Part shown: one piece after another, positions 1 through 9,703 of the stretch
Numbering within the stretch: position 1 is the first letter of the stretch
Layout of the letters: every line of letters starts with the position of its first letter
Source: Bacteroidota bacterium
GTDB lineage: Bacteria; Bacteroidota; Bacteroidia; Bacteroidales; GCA-2748055
Direction of reading: 5' to 3'
Length of the DNA: 48,528 nt
NCBI GenBank assembly: GCA_020047715.1
Contig: JAIFNN010000009.1
Span: forward strand, 1-48,528
Made by a program: the position numbers and the translations under genes
Notes under the pieces: generated by a model
What the model was told of the DNA's origin: nothing
What the model saw: the letters and a program-made list of their open reading frames with translations, nothing else
The model's database searches: none

Positions 1-116
1 CCATAGGAGTCAAGGAGAGTTTCAACTTTGGGCCAGTCGAGCCAGCATTTCCCGGCCCCGGCATTCGGGTTGACAATAACCAGCCAGTTTTCTTTCCAAT
101 CGTCCTTCATATGCAT
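1..116 (-). CDS. diacylglycerol-kinase-family lipid kinase, N-terminal fragment (gene runs off the window start)
   Basis: The reverse complement of 1..116 reads MHMKDDWKENWLVIVNPNAGAGKCWLDWPKVETLLDSY. The VNPxAGxGK stretch resembles the N-terminal nucleotide-binding signature of DAGK_cat/YegS/BmrU-type kinases. ATG at 116, alternative ATG at 110. Too short to appear in the ORF track. Confidence 0.45.
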   Translation of the reverse strand, partial: MHMKDDWKENWLVIVNPNAGAGKCWLDWPKVETLLDSY

Positions 117-419
117 GGATTTTAAAAGAAGCTCAAAGTTAAGCTAAATTTCATTCATAAAAACAAGCAATATTTTATTGATTTTCGGGTTTAAACTATA
201 CTTTTGGAAAAAGGATTTGTGCCTGAAAAGGCGGTTGAGGGTAAAATTGCTTGGCATTACAGCCTTGCTATTTTTGTTGATAACGTGTTAACAACCTCTT
301 TACAACCTTTAAATAACCTGTTAACAATATAAAGTTGTCAAAAAAATGGGGACTGTTATTTAAGTAGTAAATTTGAATCCCCCGAGAAAAATATTATTTT
401 GTAAAAAAACATATACTAC

Positions 420-1220
420 ATGGGTAAAGTAATTGCGTTGGCGAATCAGAAGGGTGGGGTTGGAAAGACCACTACGGCCATTAACCTGGGCGCCAGTTTT
501 GCTGTTCTTGAGAAGAGAACCCTTATTATTGATGCTGATCCGCAGGCGAATGCCACATCGGGGACAGGTTTTGACATCCGAAAGGTAAAGACGAGTATTT
601 ACGAGTGTCTGGTAGAGGACGTTGATCCCAATCAGATCATTCTGAACTCGGAAATGGAGTATCTTGATCTGATTCCCTCGCATATTGATCTTGTTGGAGC
701 AGAGATTGAAATGCTCAATTTGCCAGAAAGAGAGTACATGTTGAAAAAGGTTGTTGAAAAGGTGCGCGACAAGTATGACTACATATTGATCGACTGTTCC
801 CCTTCTTTGGGATTGATCACCGTAAATTCCCTTACAGCTGCCGATTCGGTTTGCATACCGGTACAATGCGAATATTTTGCTCTTGAAGGGCTTGGTAAGC
901 TTCTCAACACTATAAAGATTATTCAGAGTCGCCTGAACCCCGATCTGGAAATCGAAGGTTTTCTGCTAACCATGTACGATGCTCGTTTGCGCCTTTCCAA
1001 CCAGGTGGTTGAAGAGGTAAAGAAGCATTTCCAGGAAATGGTTTTTGAAACCATCATACAACGAAACATCAAGCTCAGTGAGGCGCCCAGTTTCGGGAAG
1101 CCCTGCATATTGTACGATGCTGAATCGAAGGGTTCGGTGAACTATCTGAATCTTGCAAGGGAAATTTTGCAGAGGAATGATCAGACTTTAATAAAGAATG
1201 TCGAGAAAATAATTGAATAA
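420..1220 (+). CDS. parA: ParA/Soj chromosome-partitioning ATPase
   Basis: Deviant Walker [10 protein letters not shown] near the N-terminus. ParA-type length (266 aa). Lies 9 nt upstream of parB. Confidence 0.93.
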   Translation: MGKVIALANQKGGVGKTTTAINLGASFAVLEKRTLIIDADPQANATSGTGFDIRKVKTSIYECLVEDVDPNQIILNSEMEYLDLIPSHIDLVGAEIEMLNLPEREYMLKKVVEKVRDKYDYILIDCSPSLGLITVNSLTAADSVCIPVQCEYFALEGLGKLLNTIKIIQSRLNPDLEIEGFLLTMYDARLRLSNQVVEEVKKHFQEMVFETIIQRNIKLSEAPSFGKPCILYDAESKGSVNYLNLAREILQRNDQTLIKNVEKIIE

Positions 1221-1229
1221 AACTGTATT

Positions 1230-2117
1230 ATGGCCGCAAAAAATGTGCTGGGAAGAGGGCTTGGAGCTTTAATCGAAAGTGGTGATATTGAAACTGCAAA
1301 ACCAGCGGTTGATACCATTAGCGAGGTTGCGATTGCTGATATCGAAGCAAATCCCTGGCAACCCCGATCGAAATTTGACGAGGATGCTTTGGAAGAGCTT
1401 GCTGAATCGATAAAACAAATTGGGATTATACAACCCGTTACAGTGAGAGTACTGGAGAACGGGAAATTCCAGCTAATCACAGGGGAGAGAAGGTTCAGGG
1501 CATCCAAATTAATTGGCCTGAAAAAGATACCGGCCTACATCAGGGTCGCCGACGACCAGAATATGCTCGAAATGGCACTTGTGGAAAACATCCAGCGCGA
1601 AGACCTGGACTCGATCGAGGTAGCCATTAGTTATCAGAGGCTTATAGAGGAATGCAACCTTACCCAGGAAAACCTTAGTGAAAGAGTCGGCAAAAAAAGA
1701 TCTACCATCACAAACTATTTAAGACTTTTGAAGCTTCCTGCCGGAATTCAGCTCGGACTGCGGAACTTGAAGATTTCCATGGGCCATGCACGTGCACTTA
1801 TCAATCTTGAGGACATTGAGGATCAGCAGTATGTTTTTGAGGAGACTATAAAAAACGATCTCTCGGTGCGAAAAGTTGAGGAACTCGTTCGTAAGCTCCA
1901 GGCTGGAATCAAGGAAGAGAAAAATCCTGCCGATGGCAAGGGGAGCGGAACCGAGGCGAAGGAATATGAAGATCTTACAACCCACCTTTCCAAACATTTT
2001 GGGACAAAAGTTGACTTCAAGAGAAATACTAAAGGCACGGGAAAAATCGTTATCCCATTCACTTCCGATGAGGAACTCGAAAGGATAATTGCTATATTGG
2101 ATAAACTGAATGCCTGA
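1230..2117 (+). CDS. parB: ParB/Spo0J partition protein
   Basis: ParB-box arginine patch GERRFRAS, IQPVTVR motif, and an HTH segment TQENLSERVGKKRSTITNYLRLLKL. Follows parA directly. Confidence 0.93.
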   Translation: MAAKNVLGRGLGALIESGDIETAKPAVDTISEVAIADIEANPWQPRSKFDEDALEELAESIKQIGIIQPVTVRVLENGKFQLITGERRFRASKLIGLKKIPAYIRVADDQNMLEMALVENIQREDLDSIEVAISYQRLIEECNLTQENLSERVGKKRSTITNYLRLLKLPAGIQLGLRNLKISMGHARALINLEDIEDQQYVFEETIKNDLSVRKVEELVRKLQAGIKEEKNPADGKGSGTEAKEYEDLTTHLSKHFGTKVDFKRNTKGTGKIVIPFTSDEELERIIAILDKLNA

Positions 2118-2748
2118 AATTGCCCTGACCGATAAATATCTCATGCAAAAATACAGGAGAACCTGCCTTACGCTTCTGTTTTTTTGTGTTGTCTTTTTTA
2201 GTTTGCACTCCCAGGAGTTGCAACCGCAGTCTGAGCCTGAGCCCCAGCCCCGGGATACAACCACATACGACGAGTCGTATAAACTTGACTCATCTTACCA
2301 CAACCCACAGAAAGCCGCACTTATGTCGGCCCTTCTTCCCGGGCTCGGTCAGATCTACAATAAAAGGGTTTGGAAAGTTCCTATTGTTTATGCGGGATTT
2401 GGTACCCTGGCTTTTTTTATTCACTATAACCAGAAAGGTTATCTTTTATGGAAACAGGCTTACATCGACTTTCCCGATTACGACCTTGAATATGATTTCC
2501 CTCTTACCATCGATCAGATTGACCGTACCAAGAACTCCTACAAACGCTACAGGGACCTTTCAATAATTGGAACTGCGGGTTTCTACCTTCTGCAAATCAT
2601 CGATGCCACTGTGGATGCCTATTTGTTTAATTGGGACATCAGTGAGGATCTGAGCCTTAGGATTGAGCCTTCCATAATCCAATCGCCTTCGTTTTTAATT
2701 GCCCCTTCACCCAATACCTTTGCCCTTAGGGCTTCCGTTTCTTTTTAA
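2110..2748 (+). CDS. DUF5683-like membrane protein conserved downstream of parB in Bacteroidota
   Basis: Hydrophobic N-terminus and the motif MSALLPGLGQIYNKRVWKVPIVYAGFG. ATG at 2110 overlaps the parB stop by 8 nt. An alternative ATG at 2143 (MQKYRR...) is equally plausible. Confidence 0.6.
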   Translation: MPEIALTDKYLMQKYRRTCLTLLFFCVVFFSLHSQELQPQSEPEPQPRDTTTYDESYKLDSSYHNPQKAALMSALLPGLGQIYNKRVWKVPIVYAGFGTLAFFIHYNQKGYLLWKQAYIDFPDYDLEYDFPLTIDQIDRTKNSYKRYRDLSIIGTAGFYLLQIIDATVDAYLFNWDISEDLSLRIEPSIIQSPSFLIAPSPNTFALRASVSF

Positions 2749-2868
2749 TTGCATGTTGCCCTTATTTAGGCCTGATAGCAAAGGGATAAGAGCATTTTAT
2801 GTGTTCTCCATTTTCAAGGAATTGTGATCTGTAATTATCCTAAAGTCGATTAATATTTTTTTATTCTA

Positions 2869-2876
2869 TATATTTG
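2869..2876 (+). promoter_or_regulatory. Bacteroidota sigma-A -7 box (TAnnTTTG)
   Basis: tatatttg matches TAnnTTTG exactly and ends 20 nt upstream of the ATG at 2897. Confidence 0.4.
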
Positions 2877-2896
2877 TCCAAATTTAAAAAGCCATA

Positions 2897-4480
2897 ATGA
2901 ATTCAGGAAAATTTATCTTTTGTCTGCTTTTAGTGATGATGGCCACCAGCAAAGACTTGTGGGCTGATGATAAGGACACAATCAGGATCGACGACACTGT
3001 TGTGATCTCCGGGTTTGAAAGCAATCTTGACAGTTTATTGAATCTTTACTATGTGCAAATGGGCGTTCAGATAGAGGATGCTGATAGTCTGATATATCTG
3101 GAAGATGATTTGCTGGTTCCGGATTTTCCGGATTCGGTATATATCGATCGCCTCGGCAGATTGCCTGTGGTTATGGATATGTCGTACAACCGTATCGTTA
3201 AAAATTTCATCACCCTTTATACCCATAGTCGTCGCGACCGCGTTCAGATAATGCTTCGCCTGACCGATTACTATTTTCCTATGTTTGAGGAGATTCTTGA
3301 TCAGTATGGCATTCCCGAAGAACTGAAGTATTTGTCGGTCATAGAGTCGGCACTTAACCCTCGTGCGGTTTCCAAAGCCGGTGCTACCGGGATGTGGCAG
3401 TTTATGTATTACACCGGAAAAACGTATGGATTGAATGTAAACTCTCTGGTTGACGAGAGGCGCGATCCCCTTAAAAGCACAATAGCTGCAGCCAGCTTTC
3501 TGAAAGATCTTTATGTTATTTATAACGACTGGACCCTGGTTATCGCTGCCTACAACTGCGGTCCGGGCAATGTGAACAAAGCCATTCGCCGTGCCGGTGG
3601 AAAGCGGAATTACTGGGACATCTATTATTACCTCCCCCGGGAAACCCGTGGTTATGTGCCTGCTTTTATTGCTGCAACCTATGTTATGAATTATGCATCG
3701 GAGCATAATCTGTATCCGGCTGCGGTGGATTTTGAATTTCATACCGACACCATAATGGTGCACGATAAGCTCCACCTTAAGCAGGTTTCAGAGGTTATGG
3801 GGATTCCAATCGACCAGCTAAGGGATCTTAATCCCCAGTTCAAATACGACATAATTCCGGGCGACAGCAAGCCCTATGCGCTTCGTATTCCCCAAAAACA
3901 GTCGATGCGTTTTATCGAATTGCAGGACTCGATTTTTGCCTGGAAGGACTCCGTATTTTTCAATAAAGACAATGTGATCATAAGTCCCACAGCAAAAACC
4001 ACCTTCATTGCGGATCTTCCGGCAGACAAATACACAAAGCTCACCTACACGGTTAAGGCAGGGGATAATCTTGGTTTTATTTCCACCTGGTATAATGTAC
4101 AGCTTTCTGATATCAGGTATTGGAACAATATCCGACAAAATATGATCCGCACAGGTCAGAAACTTGTGATCTATGTTCCAAATGCACGAGCGGATAAATA
4201 CCGTAATATTGATAACCTGAGTTTCGAGGAAAAACAGTCCCAGGCTGGCAAACCTCTCACAACTCCTGCCACGGTCAAACCTGCCACTGCAAGCCAAACA
4301 GCCAGTTCCTCATATTCGGGCGATTACGAAACTTATACGGTTCGCTCGGGAGATACGCTTTGGGAAATCGCCAAGAAATTCCCGGGAGTAAGCGACACCG
4401 ACATTGCCCGATTGAACAACATGAGAGATGGCGATAGCATTAAGCCCGGACAAGTTATAAAAATCAAAAGGAAGAGCTGA
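2897..4480 (+). CDS. MltD-like lytic murein transglycosylase with two C-terminal LysM domains
   Basis: Signal-like N-terminus. SLT catalytic region LSVIESALNPRAVSKAGATGMWQFM and AYNCGPGNV. Two LysM repeats (YTVKAGDNLGFIS..., YTVRSGDTLWEIA...). Confidence 0.88.
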   Translation: MNSGKFIFCLLLVMMATSKDLWADDKDTIRIDDTVVISGFESNLDSLLNLYYVQMGVQIEDADSLIYLEDDLLVPDFPDSVYIDRLGRLPVVMDMSYNRIVKNFITLYTHSRRDRVQIMLRLTDYYFPMFEEILDQYGIPEELKYLSVIESALNPRAVSKAGATGMWQFMYYTGKTYGLNVNSLVDERRDPLKSTIAAASFLKDLYVIYNDWTLVIAAYNCGPGNVNKAIRRAGGKRNYWDIYYYLPRETRGYVPAFIAATYVMNYASEHNLYPAAVDFEFHTDTIMVHDKLHLKQVSEVMGIPIDQLRDLNPQFKYDIIPGDSKPYALRIPQKQSMRFIELQDSIFAWKDSVFFNKDNVIISPTAKTTFIADLPADKYTKLTYTVKAGDNLGFISTWYNVQLSDIRYWNNIRQNMIRTGQKLVIYVPNARADKYRNIDNLSFEEKQSQAGKPLTTPATVKPATASQTASSSYSGDYETYTVRSGDTLWEIAKKFPGVSDTDIARLNNMRDGDSIKPGQVIKIKRKS

Positions 4481-4502
4481 GGTATTAACAAATTCTGAGG
4501 CT

Positions 4503-5996
4503 ATGAAACCTTTTCAGACCTTGCTTTTTATTTTCAGTGTTTTTCTCATGCTTTTTCTTTTGGCATGGATCTTTCCTGAAAATGGAATCAGGGTGGGGAA
4601 TTTAGGTACATTGAAGTTTGCCTCAATTAACGACTATACGGAAAAAGATACGGTTCAATATGCCGATATTTCCAACATTCTGGAAAGTGCCCGCTTCGCC
4701 TTACCTGATGAAGAGACCGATTCGGTAATTATTTCTTCCAACGACAGTCTGTCGGTCGAAGAATTACCTCAATTATCGGATATTCTTGTTGCTGACAGCG
4801 ACAGTCTTCGGAAAATTACCTTTGCCCTGGAGTATGTCGGCGAAGATCCCACTGTGTTGTTCCCTTTTTTCCGCAAGCTCAAAAACGCAAAGTCGCAGAA
4901 GAAATTGGTACGCATTCTTCATTATGGCGATTCACAGATTGAAGCCGATCGCATGAGTTCATTTATCCGTAACAAAATGCAGATTACCTTTGGCGGGTCG
5001 GGCTGTGGCACTGTACCGGTTGTGCCTTTGTATAACGGACAACTAAGCATAAAACAGGAGTATTCCGACAATTGGAAGAGGTTCACTGGATTTGCCAATG
5101 TCGACAGTTCCCTTGATCATGAGCGTTTTGGTGCGCTCATGGCATTTGCCAGACAGGGGTATGCTGATACGTTAATGGGTTCAAAGAACAAAACCTGGCT
5201 CAAATTCCAAACGTCTCCACTTGCTTACACCAGTTCCCGGAAGTATTCCGAAGTCTCACTTTATTTGCAGGGTGATTTTGAGCCTGTGAGAATTCATGTT
5301 TTCCAAAACGATTCGATAATCGACTCATTGAGTTTGAAACCTTCTCGCAGTCTTAAAAAGCTCAAATGGCACTTCGATAAAACACCCGATGAGCTGACAT
5401 TTGCTTTTTCAGGAAACGGTTTTACCAATATCTATGGCATTTCTCTCGATAATTCATGGGGGGTGGCTCTCGATAATATTCCCTTGCGGGGGAGCGCCGG
5501 TCTGGTGTTCTCCAAGACCGATACAGCTTTTCTGGCACAGATGTACAAGATGATGGATGTTGGGATGATAATTCTCCAGTTTGGTGGTAATGTGATTCCC
5601 TATATGAAAGACAATTTTTCAGCATATGAAAACTATCTAAAACGCGAACTGGCAGTAATTAAGAAAATCCTTCCGGGAATTCCTGTCATTGTAATTGGTC
5701 CGTCGGACATGTCGATCAAAGAAAAGGACAAGTTTGTTACCTATCCGAATCTGGAGGGCGTAAGGGATGCAATGCGGAAAGCCACGCTTGAGTCGGGCTT
5801 TGTTTTTTGGGATATGTATCAGGCTATGGGAGGAAGGAATTCTATGCCCAGCTGGGTATCGGCCGATCCTCCCCTTGCAATTTCCGACTACGTGCATTTT
5901 AATGCTATGGGAGCAAAAATTATTGCTGAGATGTTTTCGAACGCCCTGTTAAACGAGTACAAGATGTGGAGTTTAAAAACCAATCCCGCGAAATAG
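4503..5996 (+). CDS. membrane-anchored SGNH/GDSL-family hydrolase or acyltransferase
   Basis: N-terminal TM helix. SGNH block I HYGDSQIE (GDS serine) and block V SDYVHF (DxxH). Its stop lies 4 nt before the MBOAT gene. Confidence 0.75.
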   Translation: MKPFQTLLFIFSVFLMLFLLAWIFPENGIRVGNLGTLKFASINDYTEKDTVQYADISNILESARFALPDEETDSVIISSNDSLSVEELPQLSDILVADSDSLRKITFALEYVGEDPTVLFPFFRKLKNAKSQKKLVRILHYGDSQIEADRMSSFIRNKMQITFGGSGCGTVPVVPLYNGQLSIKQEYSDNWKRFTGFANVDSSLDHERFGALMAFARQGYADTLMGSKNKTWLKFQTSPLAYTSSRKYSEVSLYLQGDFEPVRIHVFQNDSIIDSLSLKPSRSLKKLKWHFDKTPDELTFAFSGNGFTNIYGISLDNSWGVALDNIPLRGSAGLVFSKTDTAFLAQMYKMMDVGMIILQFGGNVIPYMKDNFSAYENYLKRELAVIKKILPGIPVIVIGPSDMSIKEKDKFVTYPNLEGVRDAMRKATLESGFVFWDMYQAMGGRNSMPSWVSADPPLAISDYVHFNAMGAKIIAEMFSNALLNEYKMWSLKTNPAK

Positions 5997-5999
5997 CAT

Positions 6000-7514
6000 A
6001 TGACAGGTATCAGAGACATACTGCTCTATTCGGCCGAAAAACCTCTGCTGTTTACCCAATTGTACTTCTGGATATTTTTTGCCATAATTCTCGCAATATA
6101 TTCGGTTATTTATCCATACCGTAGCTTTCGCAATTTGTTTCTGTTTATTGTCAGCATATTCTTCTACTGGAAAACCAGCGGGATATTCTTTCTCCTGCTA
6201 ATTTTCACGACCTTTTCGGATTTTTATATCGGTAATTTTATTTTTCGCAGCCAAAAGCCGCTGGCTCGTAAACTTTTGGTTAGCCTCAGCGTCATCCTTA
6301 ACCTTGGCATTCTTTCTTATTTCAAATATTCGTATTTCTTCACCAACAGCATCAACAAGCTTTTCAATACCAGTTTCGAGCCGTACAATTTCCTTGCTGA
6401 TTTCTCGAATGCCATTACCGGCTCTCATTTCGACATTTCGGTTATCGGGCTACCGGTTGGGATTTCCTTCTTTACCTTTCAGGCCATTTCGTATACGGTT
6501 GACATGTACAGAAAGAAAATTGAGCCTGTGAGGAATGTCATCGATTTTGGCTTTTATGTTTCTTTTTTTCCCCAACTTGTTGCCGGTCCCATCGTCAGAG
6601 CTTCTGAGTTTATTCCGCAGTTGTACAAACGTTTCCACCTTACAACAGAAGAGTTTGGATATTCGATTTTCTTGATTCTTAGTGGATTAATGAAAAAGAT
6701 GTTTATTGGAGATTACCTGGCTGTAAACCTTATCGATCGTGTGTTTGCCAATCCAATCGGATATTCGGGCTTCGAGAACCTGATGGCACTTTACGGTTAT
6801 TCCCTTCAGGTCTACTGCGATTTTTCCGGGTATACCGATATTGCCATAGGAATCTCCTTGTTGATGGGATTTCGGCTCCCCCGGAATTTCAACTCCCCCT
6901 ATAAGGCCGACAACCTGGGGAATTTTTGGAAACGCTGGCACATCTCATTATCGTCGTGGCTTAAGGATTATCTCTATATCCCTTTGGGTGGAAACCGTCA
7001 TGGCGAGTTCCGTACAAATATCAACCTTATGCTGACAATGGTATTAGGGGGATTATGGCATGGGGCCAGTTGGCAGTTTGTTATCTGGGGAGGGTTGAAC
7101 GGGATTGGAATCCTTGTATACAAATATTGGAAAAGGATCAGCCCATATGAGCATAGCACGCACTGGACAGCACATCTTTGGAAGGTCTTCCTGACCTTTA
7201 ACTTCATAACGTTTACCCGTATCTGGTTCCGGTCTGATTCTATGGAACACGCTAACCAGCTGATGTCTCAGATATGGAACAATTTCAATTTCAGTATCAT
7301 CCCCCAGGTACTCCTATCCTTTAAATTCGTTTTCCTGATAATGCTTTTCGGGTATATCATGCACTGGTTACCCGGCTCTTTTAAAGCATGGTACAGGGAA
7401 TGGTTTATCAGGACCCCGGTTTACGCAAAAGCGGGAATAGTGGTAGGAATTATTTTTGTGATTTACCAGTCGTGGTCGGCAGGCTTGCAACCCTTTATCT
7501 ATTTCCAGTTTTAA
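6000..7514 (+). CDS. MBOAT-family O-acyltransferase (AlgI/DltB/PatA-like)
   Basis: Polytopic membrane protein with the conserved block FWKRWHISLSSWLKDYLYIPLGGNR, which contains the MBOAT histidine. Confidence 0.88.
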   Translation: MTGIRDILLYSAEKPLLFTQLYFWIFFAIILAIYSVIYPYRSFRNLFLFIVSIFFYWKTSGIFFLLLIFTTFSDFYIGNFIFRSQKPLARKLLVSLSVILNLGILSYFKYSYFFTNSINKLFNTSFEPYNFLADFSNAITGSHFDISVIGLPVGISFFTFQAISYTVDMYRKKIEPVRNVIDFGFYVSFFPQLVAGPIVRASEFIPQLYKRFHLTTEEFGYSIFLILSGLMKKMFIGDYLAVNLIDRVFANPIGYSGFENLMALYGYSLQVYCDFSGYTDIAIGISLLMGFRLPRNFNSPYKADNLGNFWKRWHISLSSWLKDYLYIPLGGNRHGEFRTNINLMLTMVLGGLWHGASWQFVIWGGLNGIGILVYKYWKRISPYEHSTHWTAHLWKVFLTFNFITFTRIWFRSDSMEHANQLMSQIWNNFNFSIIPQVLLSFKFVFLIMLFGYIMHWLPGSFKAWYREWFIRTPVYAKAGIVVGIIFVIYQSWSAGLQPFIYFQF

Positions 7515-7521
7515 ACTTCTT

Positions 7522-8892
7522 TTACCTTTCTCCAAGTTTAGCTTTCTCGTAATCGGGCGACACAAGGTACTTTTCACCTTCAGGAGTCATCTGGGTATGT
7601 CCGAAATTGTGTTTGTACGTCTTCCAGGTCATCGAATCGTGGTGAATGGCTCCGGAAATTACCTGAAAATGATGGGCAACTCCAAGGTAAAAGAAAATAA
7701 GGAAGGCTGTTACCGCGGAATACCGTAAGACAGGCTTTAATTTCAGTGCCTGACTAACTGTTAAGGCAAAGGGTATTGCAAGGAGCCCGTAGTAATCGAT
7801 AATTGGCCTCAGCCCAAATCCTCCGCCATACCACCAGGTCCACCAGCAAAGCATAACATAGATGCTAATCGGTATTATGAAGATTAGCGGGAGAAACCAA
7901 TCTTTCAGATTTTTCAGGCTTAACGCTATCCCGATTACTGAAAAAACCATAATGGGACTATAAATAAGCCAACCTTTGCGGAAGCCGAACAAGCCTTTCA
8001 GTATAACGGGATCATTCCAGAAAAACCGTTCCCCCGAACTATAGGAGAAAAACAAGTAATGTCCGGTTTGTTGCTTCCAGTAAAGGAATTGCGGCATCCA
8101 AACGAGGAATATCCCTGTAATAATAATCAGGGTTAAATGGGGCTTTTTCAGGAAAAGCAGTACACGCTGCCAAAATCCCTTGAAATTCTGAATGCCGAAA
8201 AGCAAGGGGAAAAGTATCAGAAGGCTGTTTGTTGGGCGGATAAGACTGATGATTCCGAGCAGCAATCCCATGAATATTGAATTCAGGTAACCTGGTTTTT
8301 CAATCCATCGGATACTCACGTAAAGGAAAACGCAAATCATTCCGAAAGAGTAGGGGTGACTTATGGTTGAAACAGCGGTGTAATACAGCAGGTTGGAGGC
8401 CAGTACCAGCCCCAGCAGGGTGATGGCAACAACCCCATCGCTGAAATAGTTTTTAAGAATTTTTTTCAGGAATATCAATCCAATCAGCAGGTATAGTAAA
8501 GGACTGAATGCCAGAAGCATCTGGTATATTTCCGAAAATCCGTCGGTCTCAAATCCTAAAGGAGTAGCCAAAAGGTGAGCAGTAATAAAAAACGGGAAGT
8601 ATAGATAAGCAAGCCCGGAACTGGTTTTAATAACCAACTTTCCTTCAGCGGTAGTCTCGGGCCAGTAGCGGTTTCCGTTGCGGGGATCGTCGTGCACAAA
8701 CTCCAGACTTAAGTCGTTGTGGATAAAAATGGCGGGGAGGTATGCATAGTAAGAAATGGTATCCCAATAAATGACCCCGTTACCCCATTTCCAAATATGC
8801 AGATTGCTGGTTTGCAGGTAACTGAGAACCACTATGATTCCGATACTGATTCGGGATAGAATAAACCTGTTTTTTAAAAAGGATAAGTTCAT
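7522..8892 (-). CDS. polytopic membrane protein, probable GT-C-fold glycosyltransferase
   Basis: More than 10 hydrophobic segments and an acidic/aromatic loop after TM1 (YWDTISYYAY). Its start lies 3 nt downstream of the GT2 stop, which suggests co-translation. Family assignment is tentative. Confidence 0.55.
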   Translation of the reverse strand: MNLSFLKNRFILSRISIGIIVVLSYLQTSNLHIWKWGNGVIYWDTISYYAYLPAIFIHNDLSLEFVHDDPRNGNRYWPETTAEGKLVIKTSSGLAYLYFPFFITAHLLATPLGFETDGFSEIYQMLLAFSPLLYLLIGLIFLKKILKNYFSDGVVAITLLGLVLASNLLYYTAVSTISHPYSFGMICVFLYVSIRWIEKPGYLNSIFMGLLLGIISLIRPTNSLLILFPLLFGIQNFKGFWQRVLLFLKKPHLTLIIITGIFLVWMPQFLYWKQQTGHYLFFSYSSGERFFWNDPVILKGLFGFRKGWLIYSPIMVFSVIGIALSLKNLKDWFLPLIFIIPISIYVMLCWWTWWYGGGFGLRPIIDYYGLLAIPFALTVSQALKLKPVLRYSAVTAFLIFFYLGVAHHFQVISGAIHHDSMTWKTYKHNFGHTQMTPEGEKYLVSPDYEKAKLGER

Positions 8893-8894
8893 AG

Positions 8895-9605
8895 TTATTT
8901 GAAAAAAGCATACCTGAAAATTGTAACCAGCATTTTGATTGCATCCATACTCTTGAATTTTTTTCCTTCAGCCTCATTTCGGGGGAAATAATTCACAGGC
9001 ACTTCGGTTATGTTGTTCTTTTTGATCCTCAGGGCTTTCAGGATTATCTCAGCCTCAAAGCCAAAGCGGTTTTCCTTTAAATGGAGCTTGTTGTATAGTT
9101 CCCGGGTAAAGAGTTTGTATCCGCAAGCCACGTCGGTTAGTTTCACATTTATGAATATGGAAGTTAACCAGGTGAAAAAGCGGTTTGCCAGATACCTGCG
9201 GTAGGATGCCAAGGGGCGGGGAATCCCGGGCAAATAGCGCGAACCGTTGACAAATTCAACATTAAGGCTTTTCATAGCCACAATCATACCCGGCAAATCA
9301 TGGGGGTAAAGCTCAAGGTCTGCATCCTGAATAAAAATCAGGTCGCCTTTACCGGAGTTGATTCCATGCCTGACAGCAGCACCTTTGCCGGAATTTTTTT
9401 CCATCCTGAGAAGGGTGTGGTCGCCCTGTTTATTTTCAATGTACGATTTTACAACCTGGTACGAATTATCCGACGAACCATCATCAACAATGATAATGTT
9501 ATGCGATGATATAAATTCGGGAAGCTTCACTTCATCAAGCAAATCCAAAACCTGAACGATCAGTTCCTCCTCGTTGTACAAGGGTATTACAATGTCTATG
9601 GTCAT
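8895..9605 (-). CDS. GT2 polyprenol-phosphate glycosyltransferase (DPM1/ArnC/GtrB-like)
   Basis: IVIPLYNEE, IIIVDDGSSD and IFIQDADLE (DxD) motifs. A 236-aa soluble catalytic domain. Confidence 0.85.
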   Translation of the reverse strand: MTIDIVIPLYNEEELIVQVLDLLDEVKLPEFISSHNIIIVDDGSSDNSYQVVKSYIENKQGDHTLLRMEKNSGKGAAVRHGINSGKGDLIFIQDADLELYPHDLPGMIVAMKSLNVEFVNGSRYLPGIPRPLASYRRYLANRFFTWLTSIFINVKLTDVACGYKLFTRELYNKLHLKENRFGFEAEIILKALRIKKNNITEVPVNYFPRNEAEGKKFKSMDAIKMLVTIFRYAFFK

Positions 9606-9703
9606 CTTTTCTGAAGAGTTCGAAATTTATGAATCTTTTTTTTCTTATGCAAGATGGGATAAAATCGCCGGACTGCAAAGTGTAAAAAGGGAAAGCCCTC
9701 ATA

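Noticed and set aside
360-866. Long antisense or overlapping ORFs within clear genes. Examples: 360-866 -, 3035-3775 -, 11512-12228 +, 23626-24402 +, 38015-38554 -, 2186-2566 +.
   Set aside because: Each lies opposite to, or out of frame with, a gene that has strong family motifs. Their translations are low-complexity with no recognisable motifs. They are shadow ORFs.
1787-1796. Perfect palindrome tgcacgtgca inside parB as a parS candidate.
   Set aside because: Only the central CACGTG matches the parS consensus TGTTNCACGTGAAACA. The flanks do not match, and the site lies within coding sequence that encodes GHARAL.
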